DNA of 59,659 nt from Methylibium sp. (GCF_031393925.1 NZ_JANMWL010000073.1:1-59659); one strand, 5' to 3'; counted from the first letter of the stretch, positions 1 through 10,097 are shown. Made by a program: numbers and translations. The notes: a model not told the origin generated them from the sequence alone.

Positions 1-1
1 G

Positions 2-1384
2 ATGCCCAGCCCCGAGCGCCTTCACTCCCTCATCCATGCCCTCGAGGCCGGCCTGCTCGAGCGCAGCGAGGCCGTGCGCCTGGCGCTGCTGGCCGCGCTG
101 GCGGGAGAGCATGTGCTGCTGATCGGCCCGCCCGGCACCGCCAAGAGCGCGTTGGCGCGGCGGCTGCAGCACGCGTTTCTAGGCGCGCGTTATTTCGAGC
201 GGCTGCTCACGCGCTTTTCGATCCCCGAGGAGCTGTTCGGGCCGCTCTCGCTCAAGGCGCTGGAAGACGACCGTTACGAGCGCCTCACCGACGGCTACCT
301 GCCCACCGCGGGCATCGCGTTTCTGGACGAGGTGTTCAAGGCCAATTCGGCCATCCTCAACGCGCTGTTGACCTTGCTCAACGAGCGCGAGTTTGACAAC
401 GGCCGCGAGCGCGTGCGCACGCCGCTGGTATGCGTCGTCGGTGCCACCAACGAGGTGCCGGCCGACGAGGCGCTGCAGGCTTTCTACGACCGCTTCTTGC
501 TGCGCGTGCCGGTCGTGCCGGTGAGCGATGCGGGCTTTGCGCAACTGCTCACACTCGAAGGCGATGCGCCGCTACTGCCGTCTGCGCCGATCACCGAGGC
601 CGAGCGCGCTGCATTGGTGGTCGCGCGCGACGCGGTGAGGCTGGGCGAGCCGGTGGTGGCCGCGCTGGCCGAGGCGCGCGCGCTGGTGCGCACGCAGCGC
701 ATCGCGGTCTCCGACCGCCGCTGGCGGCAGACCGTCGGGCTGCTCAAGACGGCCGCGGCGAGCAGTGGGCGCAGCGACGTGGCGCTGCTCGACCTGTGGC
801 TGCTGCCCTGGTGCCTGGCCGATCAGCCGGCGCAGCTCGCGCCGCTGGCCGCGTGGGTCCACGACACGCTGCTCGGCGCAACGCCGATCGATGCGCCCTG
901 GCTCACGCGCGCGATCGAGGCCTTCGAGCAGCAGCTGGGCCTGGAGACGCAGGCGCAGCAAGAAGACGGCGACGCCGGCAAGCTTGCGCTGGCCCGCGCC
1001 ATTGCCGGCCCCGGCGAAGGCGCCAGCCTGACGCGCGTATTCGCCGCCACGCTGGAAGAACGCATGCGCCGTCGCTACAGCCCCTTGCACATCGAGGCCC
1101 GCGTGGCGCAACTCGACGAGTTGCTCGCACGCACCGAGCGGCACCTGGCGCCGCTCGGCCAACACGCCCAGGCGATGCAGTCGGCCTTGCGCCAGCAGTT
1201 GTGGATGCCGCCCGCGCTGGCCGGTCGCATCGGCCGCGCGCATGCGGCTTCGCTGCAAACGGTGGCCACGCTGGTGGGCCGGCTGCAGGTGGTGCGTGCC
1301 GGTTTCGCGGCGCTGCCGGTGGACGCAGCACTGGCCGCCAGCGCACCGGCGCCGCTGCGCTGGGACGAAGCCGCCGCCGCCTGA
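2..1384 (+). CDS. MoxR-family AAA+ ATPase, RavA-like
   Basis: Walker A GPPGTAKS, LLTRFSIPEELFGP, Walker B FLDEVFKANSAILNALLTLLNER, AFYDRF and SDRRW motifs of the RavA subfamily; followed by a vWA gene. Confidence 0.88.
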   Translation: MPSPERLHSLIHALEAGLLERSEAVRLALLAALAGEHVLLIGPPGTAKSALARRLQHAFLGARYFERLLTRFSIPEELFGPLSLKALEDDRYERLTDGYLPTAGIAFLDEVFKANSAILNALLTLLNEREFDNGRERVRTPLVCVVGATNEVPADEALQAFYDRFLLRVPVVPVSDAGFAQLLTLEGDAPLLPSAPITEAERAALVVARDAVRLGEPVVAALAEARALVRTQRIAVSDRRWRQTVGLLKTAAASSGRSDVALLDLWLLPWCLADQPAQLAPLAAWVHDTLLGATPIDAPWLTRAIEAFEQQLGLETQAQQEDGDAGKLALARAIAGPGEGASLTRVFAATLEERMRRRYSPLHIEARVAQLDELLARTERHLAPLGQHAQAMQSALRQQLWMPPALAGRIGRAHAASLQTVATLVGRLQVVRAGFAALPVDAALAASAPAPLRWDEAAAA

Positions 1385-1417
1385 AGCCCGCGCCTCGCGT
1401 GGTCGCACCCGCGTGAT

Positions 1418-1565
1418 AACGCCCCCAGACCTGTCGCTTCACGCCAGGCCCCCCGAGGGGGTTGAGTCAACTCGGGAGCGGCCCTTCGTTGACTCCAGAA
1501 CGCCCCCAGACCTGTCGCTTCACGCCAGGCCCCCCGAGGGGGTTGAGTCAACTCGGGAGCGGCCC
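1418..1565 (+). repeat. Tandem duplication of a structured interspersed element (67-bp identical unit, 81-bp period)
   Basis: 1418-1484 is identical to 1499-1565; core CCCCCCGAGGGGG...GGGAGCGGCCC shared with copies at 37560 and 52586. Confidence 0.95.
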
Positions 1566-1589
1566 AGGGTCGACGCGAGACCGCCGCCG

Positions 1590-3071
1590 ATGCACGGCAC
1601 CGCCGCCGCGCTCGACCACCCCTACGACGCACTCGAGCCGCTGCCGCGCGAGGTGTGGTTGCCGGCGCTCGTCAGCTCGGTGGGCGAGAGCCAGGCGCGC
1701 CTGCACCACGCCGCCGCGTGGCTGGCGGCGCTGCAAGCCGGCGAGCTGCCGCTGGCCACGCTCGACTTCGGCGACGCCCAGGCGCTCGCGCCGCTGCGCT
1801 TGGCCGTCGGTGAGCTGGCGCTGCCCGCGTTTGCGGCCGGCGTGCCCTCAGCCGCGCAGCAGGTGCTGCGCACCGCGCTGTGGCATCTGGACCGGCTGGT
1901 CGACCGGCCCGTCACCACCTCGCGCGAGACGGCCATTGCCGACATGGCGGCGGCGTTTCGCGCCGAATGGCTCGAGCAACGCAGCGGCTGGGAGGACATC
2001 CTCGCGCTGCTGCAGGGCCTGGGCGAGCTGGCCACCTTGCGCTCGGACGCGATGCGCGGGCGGCTGCAACGGCGCGAGTGGCGCGAGGCCGAGCGCCTGT
2101 CCGCGCTGATCGCGCGGGTGCCGCAGCTCGCGGCGCTGATCGCAGCGCTCGGCCGCGGCCTGCCACGCACCGCACCGCCCGAGGCCGCACCGCTCGACCC
2201 GGGGCGCGAGCGCAGCAGCGGCCACTGGGTCGAGACGCGCCTGCCCGACGCGCCGGGTGAGTTGCTCGGCGTGCGCCTGGGCCGCAGCCTCGCGCGCATG
2301 CTGCCCAGCGAGGCGATGCAACTGCGCCACCCGCTCTTGCACAAGCTCTGGCGCGCCAAGCTGGCCGAGGCGCGGCTGATGGTGTGGGACGAAGAGGCGG
2401 TGCTGCGCGAGCCGCGACGCGGCGGCGTCGAGCCGATCAAATGCGCAACTGCCCCCGAGCCACCGCCCGACGCGCGCGGGCCCATGCTGGTGTGCGTGGA
2501 CACCTCCGGCTCGATGCGCGGCGCGCCCGAGCTGCTGGCCAAGGCGGTGGTGCTGGAAGCGGCGCGCACCGCGCACCGCGAGCGGCGCGGCTGCCGCCTG
2601 ATCGCCTTCGGCGGGCCCGACGAAGTGCTGATGCACGACCTGGCTTTCACGCCGCAGGGGCTGGACGCGCTGCTCGATTTCATCGGCCAGGCCTTCGAGG
2701 GTGGCACCGACCTGGCCGCGCCGATCGCCCGCGCGGTGGAAGCGGTGGAAAGCGCGGCGTGGCGCCAGGCCGACCTGCTGATCGTGAGCGACGGCGAATT
2801 CGGCTGCACCGAGGCGACGCTGCAACGCCTGGACGCGGCCCGCCTGCGCCACGGCCTGCGCGTGCAGGGCGTGCTCGTCGGCGACCGCGAAACCTTCGGA
2901 CTGCTCGAAGTGTGCGAAGCCATCCACTGGGTGCGCGACTGGCGCCGCTACGCCGACGACCCCAAGCTCGCCCATGCCGACGGCCACTCGCCGGTCCACA
3001 GCAAGAGCCTCTCCGCGCTTTACTTTCCCAACGCCCTGAGCGATCGGGCGCGCAGGCACTTGAAGGCGTGA
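1590..3071 (+). CDS. vWA domain protein, ViaA-like partner of the AAA+ ATPase
   Basis: GPMLVCVDTSGSM MIDAS motif, GGTD, ADLLIVSDGEF; start uncertain (ATG 1590, or in-frame GTG 1413 that would include the repeat). Confidence 0.85.
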   Translation: MHGTAAALDHPYDALEPLPREVWLPALVSSVGESQARLHHAAAWLAALQAGELPLATLDFGDAQALAPLRLAVGELALPAFAAGVPSAAQQVLRTALWHLDRLVDRPVTTSRETAIADMAAAFRAEWLEQRSGWEDILALLQGLGELATLRSDAMRGRLQRREWREAERLSALIARVPQLAALIAALGRGLPRTAPPEAAPLDPGRERSSGHWVETRLPDAPGELLGVRLGRSLARMLPSEAMQLRHPLLHKLWRAKLAEARLMVWDEEAVLREPRRGGVEPIKCATAPEPPPDARGPMLVCVDTSGSMRGAPELLAKAVVLEAARTAHRERRGCRLIAFGGPDEVLMHDLAFTPQGLDALLDFIGQAFEGGTDLAAPIARAVEAVESAAWRQADLLIVSDGEFGCTEATLQRLDAARLRHGLRVQGVLVGDRETFGLLEVCEAIHWVRDWRRYADDPKLAHADGHSPVHSKSLSALYFPNALSDRARRHLKA

Positions 3072-3109
3072 CGGGGACAAAACGCCGCACCCAAGGTCGG
3101 CTGGTCTTT

Positions 3110-3147
3110 GCTCCTCCCCCCTCGCGGGGAAGGTTCGGATGGGGGCC
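3110..3147 (+). repeat. REP-like palindrome
   Basis: GCTCCTCCCCC-CTCGC-GGGGAAGG-TTCGGATGGGGGCC resembles the reverse complement of 19884-19922. Confidence 0.65.
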
Positions 3148-3443
3148 GACGGGGCGGGCTGCCCAAAGCCGCGGGCGGGCGGCGTGCTCCACTTCACTGT
3201 GGCGGTCTCCGCTGCGCTTGGACTCCCCTGCGATGTTCGGGCCCCGGGGCGAGCGCAGAACTCGCCCTTCTGCCCGCTGCGCGGTCAACGGGCTGTGGCT
3301 CTTCTCGCAGAGAAACGGCGACGCCGTTTGCGATTGCGATGGGTCGCGCACGAAGGTGCCGGTGTCAGCCGAGCAGTCGCCGTTGAAGACAGGCTCGCCC
3401 AGCGCCGCTGCTAGAGTCGTTCCAACAAGAACGTGGGGGCAGG

Positions 3444-6221
3444 ATGAACATCATCGCGATGCTCGTGGGGGGCGGGGTCGGGCTGGCCTCGAGTGGCAGC
3501 TTCGGCCTGGTGGTCGGTGCGCTGTTGGGCTGGCTGCTGGTGCGCCTGCAGGAGCAGGGCCGTGACATCGCCAATTTGAAGACGGCGCTCGCCCAACAAG
3601 CGCTGGTCGCCCACGCGCAGACCTTGGTGGCGGCGCCTGCCCCGGGGGCGCCGGCCGCGCCGGCTCCGGCGGCGGCCAGCCCACCGCCCGCGCCGCGCCC
3701 GATGGCGCCACCCCTCGTCACAACGCCCGCAATGGACCCTGCGCAATGGGCGCAGGAGCCGGCCCGCATCGAGGCCGCCAAGACCGCGGCGGTTTGGGGC
3801 GATAGCTCACCCGCGTTGGCACGAGGGCGCCAGGCCGCCACGCCGCCCACAGCACCGCCACCGTCACCGCTGTCCGACGCGCTGGCGCCGCTCAATCGCT
3901 GGCTCGCCGGTGCCAACGCGATCGTCAAGGTCGGCGTCGGCATCCTGTTCATCGGCCTGGCCTTCCTCGCCAAGTTCGCCAGCGAACACGTGCAGGTGCC
4001 CGTCGAGTTGCGCCTGGCCAGCATCGCCGGTGTCGCGGTCGTGCTGATGGTCGTGGGCTGGCGGCTGCGCCATCGCCACGCCGCCTATGCGCAGGTGCTG
4101 CAGGGCGGTGCGGTCGCGGTGCTGTACCTGACCTTGTTCGCGGCGTTTCGCTTCTACGGCGTGCTGGCGGTCGCGCCGGTGTTCGTGCTGATGGCTGCCG
4201 TCGCCGCACTGGCTGCCGCGCTCGCGGTGCTGCAGAACGCGCGCGCGCTGGCCGTCATCGGCGCGCTCGGCGGCTTTGCCACGCCCTTGCTCCTGTCCAC
4301 CGGCGGCGGCAACGCAGCGGCGCTGTTTGGCTACTACCTGGTGCTCGACCTGGGCATTGCCGCCGTGGCGTGGCACCGCACCTGGCGCTCGCTCAACCTG
4401 ATCGGCTTCGTCGCTACCTTCGGCGTCGGCAGCGCCTGGGGCGTCCTGAAATACCGCCCCGAGCAGTACGCCACGAGCCAGGGATTCCTGATTGCCTTCT
4501 TCTTGCTGTTCATCGTGATCCTGCTGCTGCCCGCGCGACGCCCTCTCGGGGCGGGCGCCGACGCGGGCAGCGCCGCCAACACAGCGCACCGCAGCGACGC
4601 CTGGGTTCAGGGCAGCCTGATGTTCGGACTGCCCACCATCGTGTTTGCCTTGCAGCACGGGCTGGTGCGGCACACCGAGTACGGCACCGCGATCTCGGCG
4701 CTGCTGCTCGCGGGCTTTTACGTGCTGCTGGCCAGGTGGATGTACGCGCGCCCGCGCCTGGCCGTCCTGTTCGAAGGCAGCCTGGCGGTCGGCACGGTGT
4801 TCCTCACCTTGGTGATTCCGTTTGCGCTGGACGCCCGCAGCACGGCCGGCGCATGGGCGCTCGAGGGCGCCGGACTGGTGTGGCTGGGCTTTCGGCAGTC
4901 GCGTCGCAGGTCGCGCGCCTTCGGCTATGCGCTGCTGTTGCTGGCTGGCGGCTCGATGCTGGTCGCCTTCGAGCGTCACGCTGCGCCGAGCGGGGTGTTC
5001 AACGCCGTGCTGTTCAACGCGCTGCTCGCCGCCGCCGCATCGCTGATCGCGGCCTTGTTGGTGCGGCGCCATGCCGACGCATCCGAAGCCGCGGCCGAGC
5101 CGCTGCTCATCGCCTGGGCTGCGCTCTGGCTGGTCGCCACGGCGGCATGGCAGATCGACACCTTCGTCGCCGCCCGCTTCGTGCCCGCCGCCTGGCTTGC
5201 GTTCTCGAGCGCACTGGCGCTCACCGGCACCGCGCTGTGCGTGCGACTCGATTGGCCGAAGGTGGCGTTGCTGGCCGTCGGCCACGCCCCGCTGATGCTC
5301 ATCGGCGTGGGCGTCAATCCGGTCGTGCTGAACAGTCCCATGCAAGCCGGCGGCTGGTGGGCCTGGCCGCTGGCCCTGGCGATGCACCTCGTCGTGCTGG
5401 CGCGAGCCGCGCCGCACTGGCCGCAGCCAGTGCGCGACGCAACCCATACCGGCGGCGTGCTCGTGCTCGCGGCGCTGGGCGCGCTGCAGGGCCGCGCCAT
5501 CACCGCCGATTGGGGCGACGCGGCCAGCGCCTGGCCGTGGCTCGGCTGGATGGTGGCGCCCTCGCTGATCCTGATGCTGTTGCCGCGGCCCGGCAGCCGG
5601 CAGGGCTGGCCTATCACGGCGGCACCGCTTGCCTACCGAACGGTGGCCGCCGCGCTGCTGGCCTTGGCCGCACTGCTGTGGACGGTGATCGCCAACGTCG
5701 CCTCCGACGGCTCGGCTCGGCCGTTGCCGCACCTGCCGCTTCTCAACCCGCTCGATCTCGGCGTCGGCGTTGCCTTGCTGGCGACCTGGCGATGGCTGCG
5801 CAGCGACGCCGCGCAGCAGGCCGGTGAGGCCACGCCGCTATTTTTTAAGCGGGCAATTGCGCTGGCCGGCTTCGTCTGGCTCAACGCGATGCTGGTGCGC
5901 GGCTTTCATCACTATGGCGACGTGCCCTACCGCTTCAATGCCTGGACGGCGTCGCTGGCGGTCCACACCGGCATCACGCTGCTGTGGAGCTTCACCGCGC
6001 TGGTGCTGATGTGGCTTTCGGCGCGGCGCAGGGTGCGAGCGCCGTGGATGATCGGTGCGGCGCTGCTCGCCGCGGTGGTGATCAAGCTGCTGCTGGTCGA
6101 TTTGTCGGGTGCCGGCACGGTGACCCGCATCGTCTCGTTCATCGGCGTCGGCGGCTTGATGCTGGTGATCGGTTTCGTGGCGCCGTTGCCGGCCAAGGAG
6201 CAAGCGCATGCAGTGGCGTGA
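3444..6221 (+). CDS. DUF2339-family polytopic membrane protein
   Basis: 925 aa, many hydrophobic segments, Pro/Ala-rich N-terminal linker, C-terminal KLLLVDLSGAGTVTRIVSFIGVG typical of DUF2339. Confidence 0.85.
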   Translation: MNIIAMLVGGGVGLASSGSFGLVVGALLGWLLVRLQEQGRDIANLKTALAQQALVAHAQTLVAAPAPGAPAAPAPAAASPPPAPRPMAPPLVTTPAMDPAQWAQEPARIEAAKTAAVWGDSSPALARGRQAATPPTAPPPSPLSDALAPLNRWLAGANAIVKVGVGILFIGLAFLAKFASEHVQVPVELRLASIAGVAVVLMVVGWRLRHRHAAYAQVLQGGAVAVLYLTLFAAFRFYGVLAVAPVFVLMAAVAALAAALAVLQNARALAVIGALGGFATPLLLSTGGGNAAALFGYYLVLDLGIAAVAWHRTWRSLNLIGFVATFGVGSAWGVLKYRPEQYATSQGFLIAFFLLFIVILLLPARRPLGAGADAGSAANTAHRSDAWVQGSLMFGLPTIVFALQHGLVRHTEYGTAISALLLAGFYVLLARWMYARPRLAVLFEGSLAVGTVFLTLVIPFALDARSTAGAWALEGAGLVWLGFRQSRRRSRAFGYALLLLAGGSMLVAFERHAAPSGVFNAVLFNALLAAAASLIAALLVRRHADASEAAAEPLLIAWAALWLVATAAWQIDTFVAARFVPAAWLAFSSALALTGTALCVRLDWPKVALLAVGHAPLMLIGVGVNPVVLNSPMQAGGWWAWPLALAMHLVVLARAAPHWPQPVRDATHTGGVLVLAALGALQGRAITADWGDAASAWPWLGWMVAPSLILMLLPRPGSRQGWPITAAPLAYRTVAAALLALAALLWTVIANVASDGSARPLPHLPLLNPLDLGVGVALLATWRWLRSDAAQQAGEATPLFFKRAIALAGFVWLNAMLVRGFHHYGDVPYRFNAWTASLAVHTGITLLWSFTALVLMWLSARRRVRAPWMIGAALLAAVVIKLLLVDLSGAGTVTRIVSFIGVGGLMLVIGFVAPLPAKEQAHAVA

Positions 6222-7623
6222 TGGACTCATCGGGGGGCTGGCGACGCTCGCCCTGGTCGCCGCGGCCGACCCTGCCGGCTGGCGCTTCAGCGCACCGATC
6301 CAGGTGCAGCAGGATGCGCCGCTGGTGCAACTGCCGCTGACGCCGAGCGCCTACGGCCGCAGCCAGCTGAGCGGCCTGGCCGACCTGCGCATCGTCGACG
6401 CACGCGGCGAGCGGGTGCCGTTTGCCTTTCTCGCGCCGCGCGACGCCGAGATCACCACCACCGAGCAAACGCGCGAGGCAGCGATGTACGCGCTGCCGCA
6501 GCGGCCCGCGGCCAATGGCGAATGGAGCGTGCCGCTCGAAATCATCGTGCAGGGCGAGCGCATCACCATCAAGCGCGGCGGCGCCACGACGGCGGCGCAG
6601 GCGATGCTTGGCGCTGCGGCGCATTCGGGCGGCTGGGTGTTCGACCTCGGGCGACGCACGAGCGCCGATCCGCCCACGCAGTCGCTGCGGCTGGCCTGGT
6701 CGGCGCCGGGCGAGTTCAGTGCCGGCTTTGACCTCCAGACCAGCGACGACCTGCGCCAGTGGCGCGGCGCGGGCAGCGGCCAGTTGCTGGCGCTCGCATC
6801 GCCCACCGGCCCGTTGACCCAACCCACGGTCTTGCTGCCGGCCAACGTCGCTCGCTTCGTGCGGCTGGTCTGGTTGGAGCCGACCAGCGCGCCCACGCTG
6901 ACCCGCGCCGAGGCGCTGGCGCAACGCCCCCTTGCGACGCCACTGGACGCGCCGACCGAGCTGGTCCTTGCTCCAACGCCTGCGCCTGCGCCCGGGTTGC
7001 GAACCGTCGCCACCGACGAGCCCAAGCACGCCCTGCACTTCGACCTCGGTGCGGTCCTTCCCGTGGTCCAGCTCGACCTGCAACTCGGCGCCGGCACGCG
7101 CGTCGCACCCGTGCGCCTGCAAGGCCGCAGCCGCGCCGACGCGCCGTGGCGCGAGCTGGCGCCGGCCGTGTTCTACCGCTTCGAGCGCGGCGGCGCGGTG
7201 AGCGTGTCACCGCCGCTGGCGCTGCGCACCGAGCTGCGATTCCTGCGCGTGGTCCCCGACGAACGCTCGGCCGCGCTCGACCCGGCGCAAACCCATTTGG
7301 CGGTGCAGGCGCAACTCACCCGCCTGGTATTTGCGCGCCAGGGCGAGGCGCCCTTCACGCTGTGGGCCGGCGCGGCCCAGCCCGGGCCCGGCGCCCTGCC
7401 GCTGGCCACCTTGGTGCCGCAGCTCGACGAAGAACGACCCCGCTTTGGCCGCGCCACGCTCGGCGCATGGAGCGAGGTCGCGGCCGTCGCGCGTCAGGCC
7501 GAGACCGCCGAGCAGCTCGCCGCGCTGCGGCCGTGGCTGCTGTGGGCGGTGCTGCTCGTCGGCGTGGCGGCACTGGCGTTGATGGTCTGGCGGTTGATGC
7601 GCGCGCCGGCAGCGGGCGCTTGA
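6208..7623 (+). CDS. DUF3999-like exported, C-terminally anchored protein
   Basis: Signal peptide, LADLRIVDARGERVPFA, SDDLRQW, C-terminal WLLWAVLLVGVAALALMVWRL; overlaps the DUF2339 gene. Confidence 0.78.
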   Translation: MQWRDGLIGGLATLALVAAADPAGWRFSAPIQVQQDAPLVQLPLTPSAYGRSQLSGLADLRIVDARGERVPFAFLAPRDAEITTTEQTREAAMYALPQRPAANGEWSVPLEIIVQGERITIKRGGATTAAQAMLGAAAHSGGWVFDLGRRTSADPPTQSLRLAWSAPGEFSAGFDLQTSDDLRQWRGAGSGQLLALASPTGPLTQPTVLLPANVARFVRLVWLEPTSAPTLTRAEALAQRPLATPLDAPTELVLAPTPAPAPGLRTVATDEPKHALHFDLGAVLPVVQLDLQLGAGTRVAPVRLQGRSRADAPWRELAPAVFYRFERGGAVSVSPPLALRTELRFLRVVPDERSAALDPAQTHLAVQAQLTRLVFARQGEAPFTLWAGAAQPGPGALPLATLVPQLDEERPRFGRATLGAWSEVAAVARQAETAEQLAALRPWLLWAVLLVGVAALALMVWRLMRAPAAGA

Positions 7624-7624
7624 A

Positions 7625-7643
7625 ATACAGAAATCTGTATCAT
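7625..7643 (+). promoter_or_regulatory. Putative vapBC operator overlapping a -10 box
   Basis: Inverted repeat ATACAGA-AA-TCTGTAT (7625-7640) overlapping TATCAT (7638-7643), 6 nt before the ATG at 7650. Confidence 0.65.
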
Positions 7644-7649
7644 TCCCGC

Positions 7650-7895
7650 ATGAAGACCGCGCTCAACATCAATGACCACTTGCTTGCCGACGCCAAGGCG
7701 CTGGCAGCCCGTCAACGAGTGAGCCTGACGCGCTTGATCGAAGAAGGGCTCACGCTGCGTCTGCGCACGCCGGTGTCTGCGACGCCACGCGGCAAGCTCC
7801 GCCTGCCGGTATTCAAGGGGCGCGGCGGACTCGTCGAAGGGGTGAACCCGCTTAGCAACAAGTCATTGTTGAACGCGCTGGACGATGACGCCTGA
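7650..7895 (+). CDS. vapB: Type II TA antitoxin, ribbon-helix-helix VapB-like
   Basis: MKTALNINDHLLADAKALAARQRVSLTRLIEEGL; 81 aa; overlaps the PIN gene. Confidence 0.82.
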   Translation: MKTALNINDHLLADAKALAARQRVSLTRLIEEGLTLRLRTPVSATPRGKLRLPVFKGRGGLVEGVNPLSNKSLLNALDDDA

Positions 7896-8328
7896 CGTCA
7901 ACGTGCTGGTGGCTGCGTCGCGCAGCGATCATCCTCACCACGCGGTGGCCCGTGCCTGGCTGGAGCAGGCGGTGGTTCCGGCTGCGGCCGGCGCGTCGGT
8001 CACGCTCATGCCGATGGTGATCACCAGCTTCTTGCGGCTCGTCACCAGCCCGAGAGTTTTCAGCCAACCCACCCCGTTGGCAGACGCGATCGGCTTTGTC
8101 GATGCGTTGCTGGCAGCGCCGGGCGTCGAACTGGCGCGGCTCGGTGCCGAATGGCCGGTGCTACGGCAGCTCTGCCTGGACAAGAGCCTCAGCGGCAACG
8201 ACCTGCCCGAAGCATGGTTGGCTGCGGCAACCCATCAACTGGGCGAGCACCTAGTCACCTTCGACCGCGATTTCAAGAAGCTACTCGCGCGCTCGCAACT
8301 AACCTTGCTGGTGCCTCCGCGCGCTTGA
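7885..8328 (+). CDS. vapC: PIN-domain ribonuclease toxin
   Basis: PDVNVLV N-terminus, GNDLPEAWLAA, LVTFDRDF PIN motifs. Confidence 0.88.
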   Translation: MTPDVNVLVAASRSDHPHHAVARAWLEQAVVPAAAGASVTLMPMVITSFLRLVTSPRVFSQPTPLADAIGFVDALLAAPGVELARLGAEWPVLRQLCLDKSLSGNDLPEAWLAAATHQLGEHLVTFDRDFKKLLARSQLTLLVPPRA

Positions 8329-8502
8329 GACCTAGCTCATGGTGCGCAGGTCGGCGCCACTGCCTCGCCTACGGTGGCGAGCCGGCCGCGCCGGTGGGAG
8401 GTACAGGTCGTGGATTCCAGGCCGGGTAGCCGGGTGAAGACTTGAACGCGCCGCGCACCGCGCCCTCGGCGCACCGCCTGTCCGCCACCGTTGCAGCCTG
8501 TC

Positions 8503-8544
8503 AGCGCCCACTCCAACGTGTCGCGACGCGCTGGAGTGGGCGCT
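8503..8544. other. Long hairpin upstream of the histidine kinase gene
   Basis: AGCGCCCACTCCA (8503-8515) pairs perfectly with TGGAGTGGGCGCT (8532-8544); inner CGTGTC/GACGCG stem. Confidence 0.6.
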
Positions 8545-8566
8545 CCATCGTCCGTAAAGTGCCTGC

Positions 8567-9991
8567 ATGGACCCGCCGGTTGCCTCACCTCCTTCCCCCG
8601 CCGACGGCCACAGCCGCTGGCAGGCGGCCGCCGCCGCAACGGTGCAGACCTTTCACGGCTATGCGACGTGGCTCGCGGGCCTGAGTTGGAAGCGCTTCCT
8701 GCTTTATGCGCTGCTGCTGCTTGTGGCGATGTCGATCCTGCAGAAACTGCCGCCCTTCAGCTGGCGCGTCACCGAGACCATCACCGAGCGCCCCCGCGCC
8801 GAGCTGCCGATGTCGCCCGCCGCGCCGCAGGCGCCGACGCCGCCGCGCCGGGTAATCAAGATCGAAAAGCCCGAGGTCTTCGGCAACGACACCGACGGCG
8901 TTGAAATCTCGATCGACGAGCGCGGCGTGCGCATCAGGCAGGGCAAGTCGCAGGCAGCGGCGAGCACGGTCGATACGGGCGCATCGGCCCCAGCGGTGGC
9001 CTCGGCACCGCAAGGCAAGCCGGGCAGCGACGTGCCGGCGGTCACCATCGGCCTGCCGCCCGGCGCTGACAGCGACACCGTGCGTGAAGCCGTCGAGGAA
9101 GCGCGCAGCGCGGTCATCGAAGCGATCAAGGACGCCGAAGAGGCGCGCCGCGACGCCACCCAAGCGGCCAGCGACGCCACGGGACGCAAGCGCGAGCGCG
9201 AGCGCATCCGCGTCGTCGACCACGGCGACCCGCTGACCGACCTGGCGTTCCTGTGGATCGTTGCCTCGGCCTTCATCAAGGGCACTTACAAGGGCCGCAT
9301 GCAGGCCGAAGTGAAGGCGGCGCAGGCCACCGAGGTGGCGGAGTCCGAATCGCTCAAGCGCCAGGTGATCGAGGCGCGCATGGCGGCCATGCAGGCCCAG
9401 GTGGAGCCGCACTTCCTGTTCAACACGCTGGCCAGCATCGACCACCTGATCGAGACCGACCCGGCGCGCGCCAGCACCATGCAAAAGAACCTGATCGCGC
9501 TGCTGCGCGCGAGCCTGCCGACGCTGCGCGAGGCCAATGCTCAGGGGACGCGCGCCCTTGCCCACGAACTGGCGGTCATCCGGCCTTATCTGGAGATACT
9601 GAAGGTGCGCATGGAGGAGCGCCTGCAGACCATGATCGACGTGCCCGAGGGCCTGCACTCGGCCGAGTTCCCGCCGATGATGTTGCAGTCGCTGGTTGAA
9701 AACGCCATCAAGCACGGCCTCGAACCCAAGCCCGAAGGCGGCACGCTTGCCGTGAAGGCCGAGGTGCTGCACGGCATGCTGGCGCTCACCGTCGCCGACA
9801 CCGGCCTGGGCTTCGGCAAGGCGGCCACCGCCGGCACCGGCACCGGCCTGGCCAACATCCGCGAGCGTCTCGCGCTGCTGTACGGCAAGCACGCGCAACT
9901 CACCCTCACCGAGAACCAGCCGAGCGGCACGGTGGCAACGATCACGGTGCCCTACCGGCTGCGCACCGACGCAGAAGGAGCGAGCGCATGA
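8567..9991 (+). CDS. LytS/YehU-type sensor histidine kinase
   Basis: MQAQVEPHFLFNTL H-box, PPMMLQSLVENAIKHG, DTGLG and GTGTGLANIRERL. Confidence 0.92.
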   Translation: MDPPVASPPSPADGHSRWQAAAAATVQTFHGYATWLAGLSWKRFLLYALLLLVAMSILQKLPPFSWRVTETITERPRAELPMSPAAPQAPTPPRRVIKIEKPEVFGNDTDGVEISIDERGVRIRQGKSQAAASTVDTGASAPAVASAPQGKPGSDVPAVTIGLPPGADSDTVREAVEEARSAVIEAIKDAEEARRDATQAASDATGRKRERERIRVVDHGDPLTDLAFLWIVASAFIKGTYKGRMQAEVKAAQATEVAESESLKRQVIEARMAAMQAQVEPHFLFNTLASIDHLIETDPARASTMQKNLIALLRASLPTLREANAQGTRALAHELAVIRPYLEILKVRMEERLQTMIDVPEGLHSAEFPPMMLQSLVENAIKHGLEPKPEGGTLAVKAEVLHGMLALTVADTGLGFGKAATAGTGTGLANIRERLALLYGKHAQLTLTENQPSGTVATITVPYRLRTDAEGASA

Positions 9992-10097
9992 GCCCGAAGA
10001 GCGAAGACCGCAGTGCGCAGGATGAAGCTACCCTGATGAGCCCGCACGGCCCCAGGAGCGAAGACCGCAGCGCGCAGGATTAAGGGCCCTCCGATGA
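9988..10097 (+). repeat. Two tandem ATGA-bounded mini-elements forming a 31-codon mini-ORF (9988-10083)
   Basis: GAGCGAAGACCGCAG(T/C)GCGCAGGAT occurs twice; ATGA at 9988, 10036 and 10094; related to 36049-36111. Confidence 0.8.

Noticed and set aside
1418-1565. Direct repeat as a CRISPR array
   Set aside because: Only two units, a 67-bp repeat with 14-bp gap, related dispersed copies elsewhere and no cas genes
9988-10097. Repeat pair as a mini-CRISPR
   Set aside because: Two degenerate units with related rather than unique intervening sequence; better explained as a tandem mini-element
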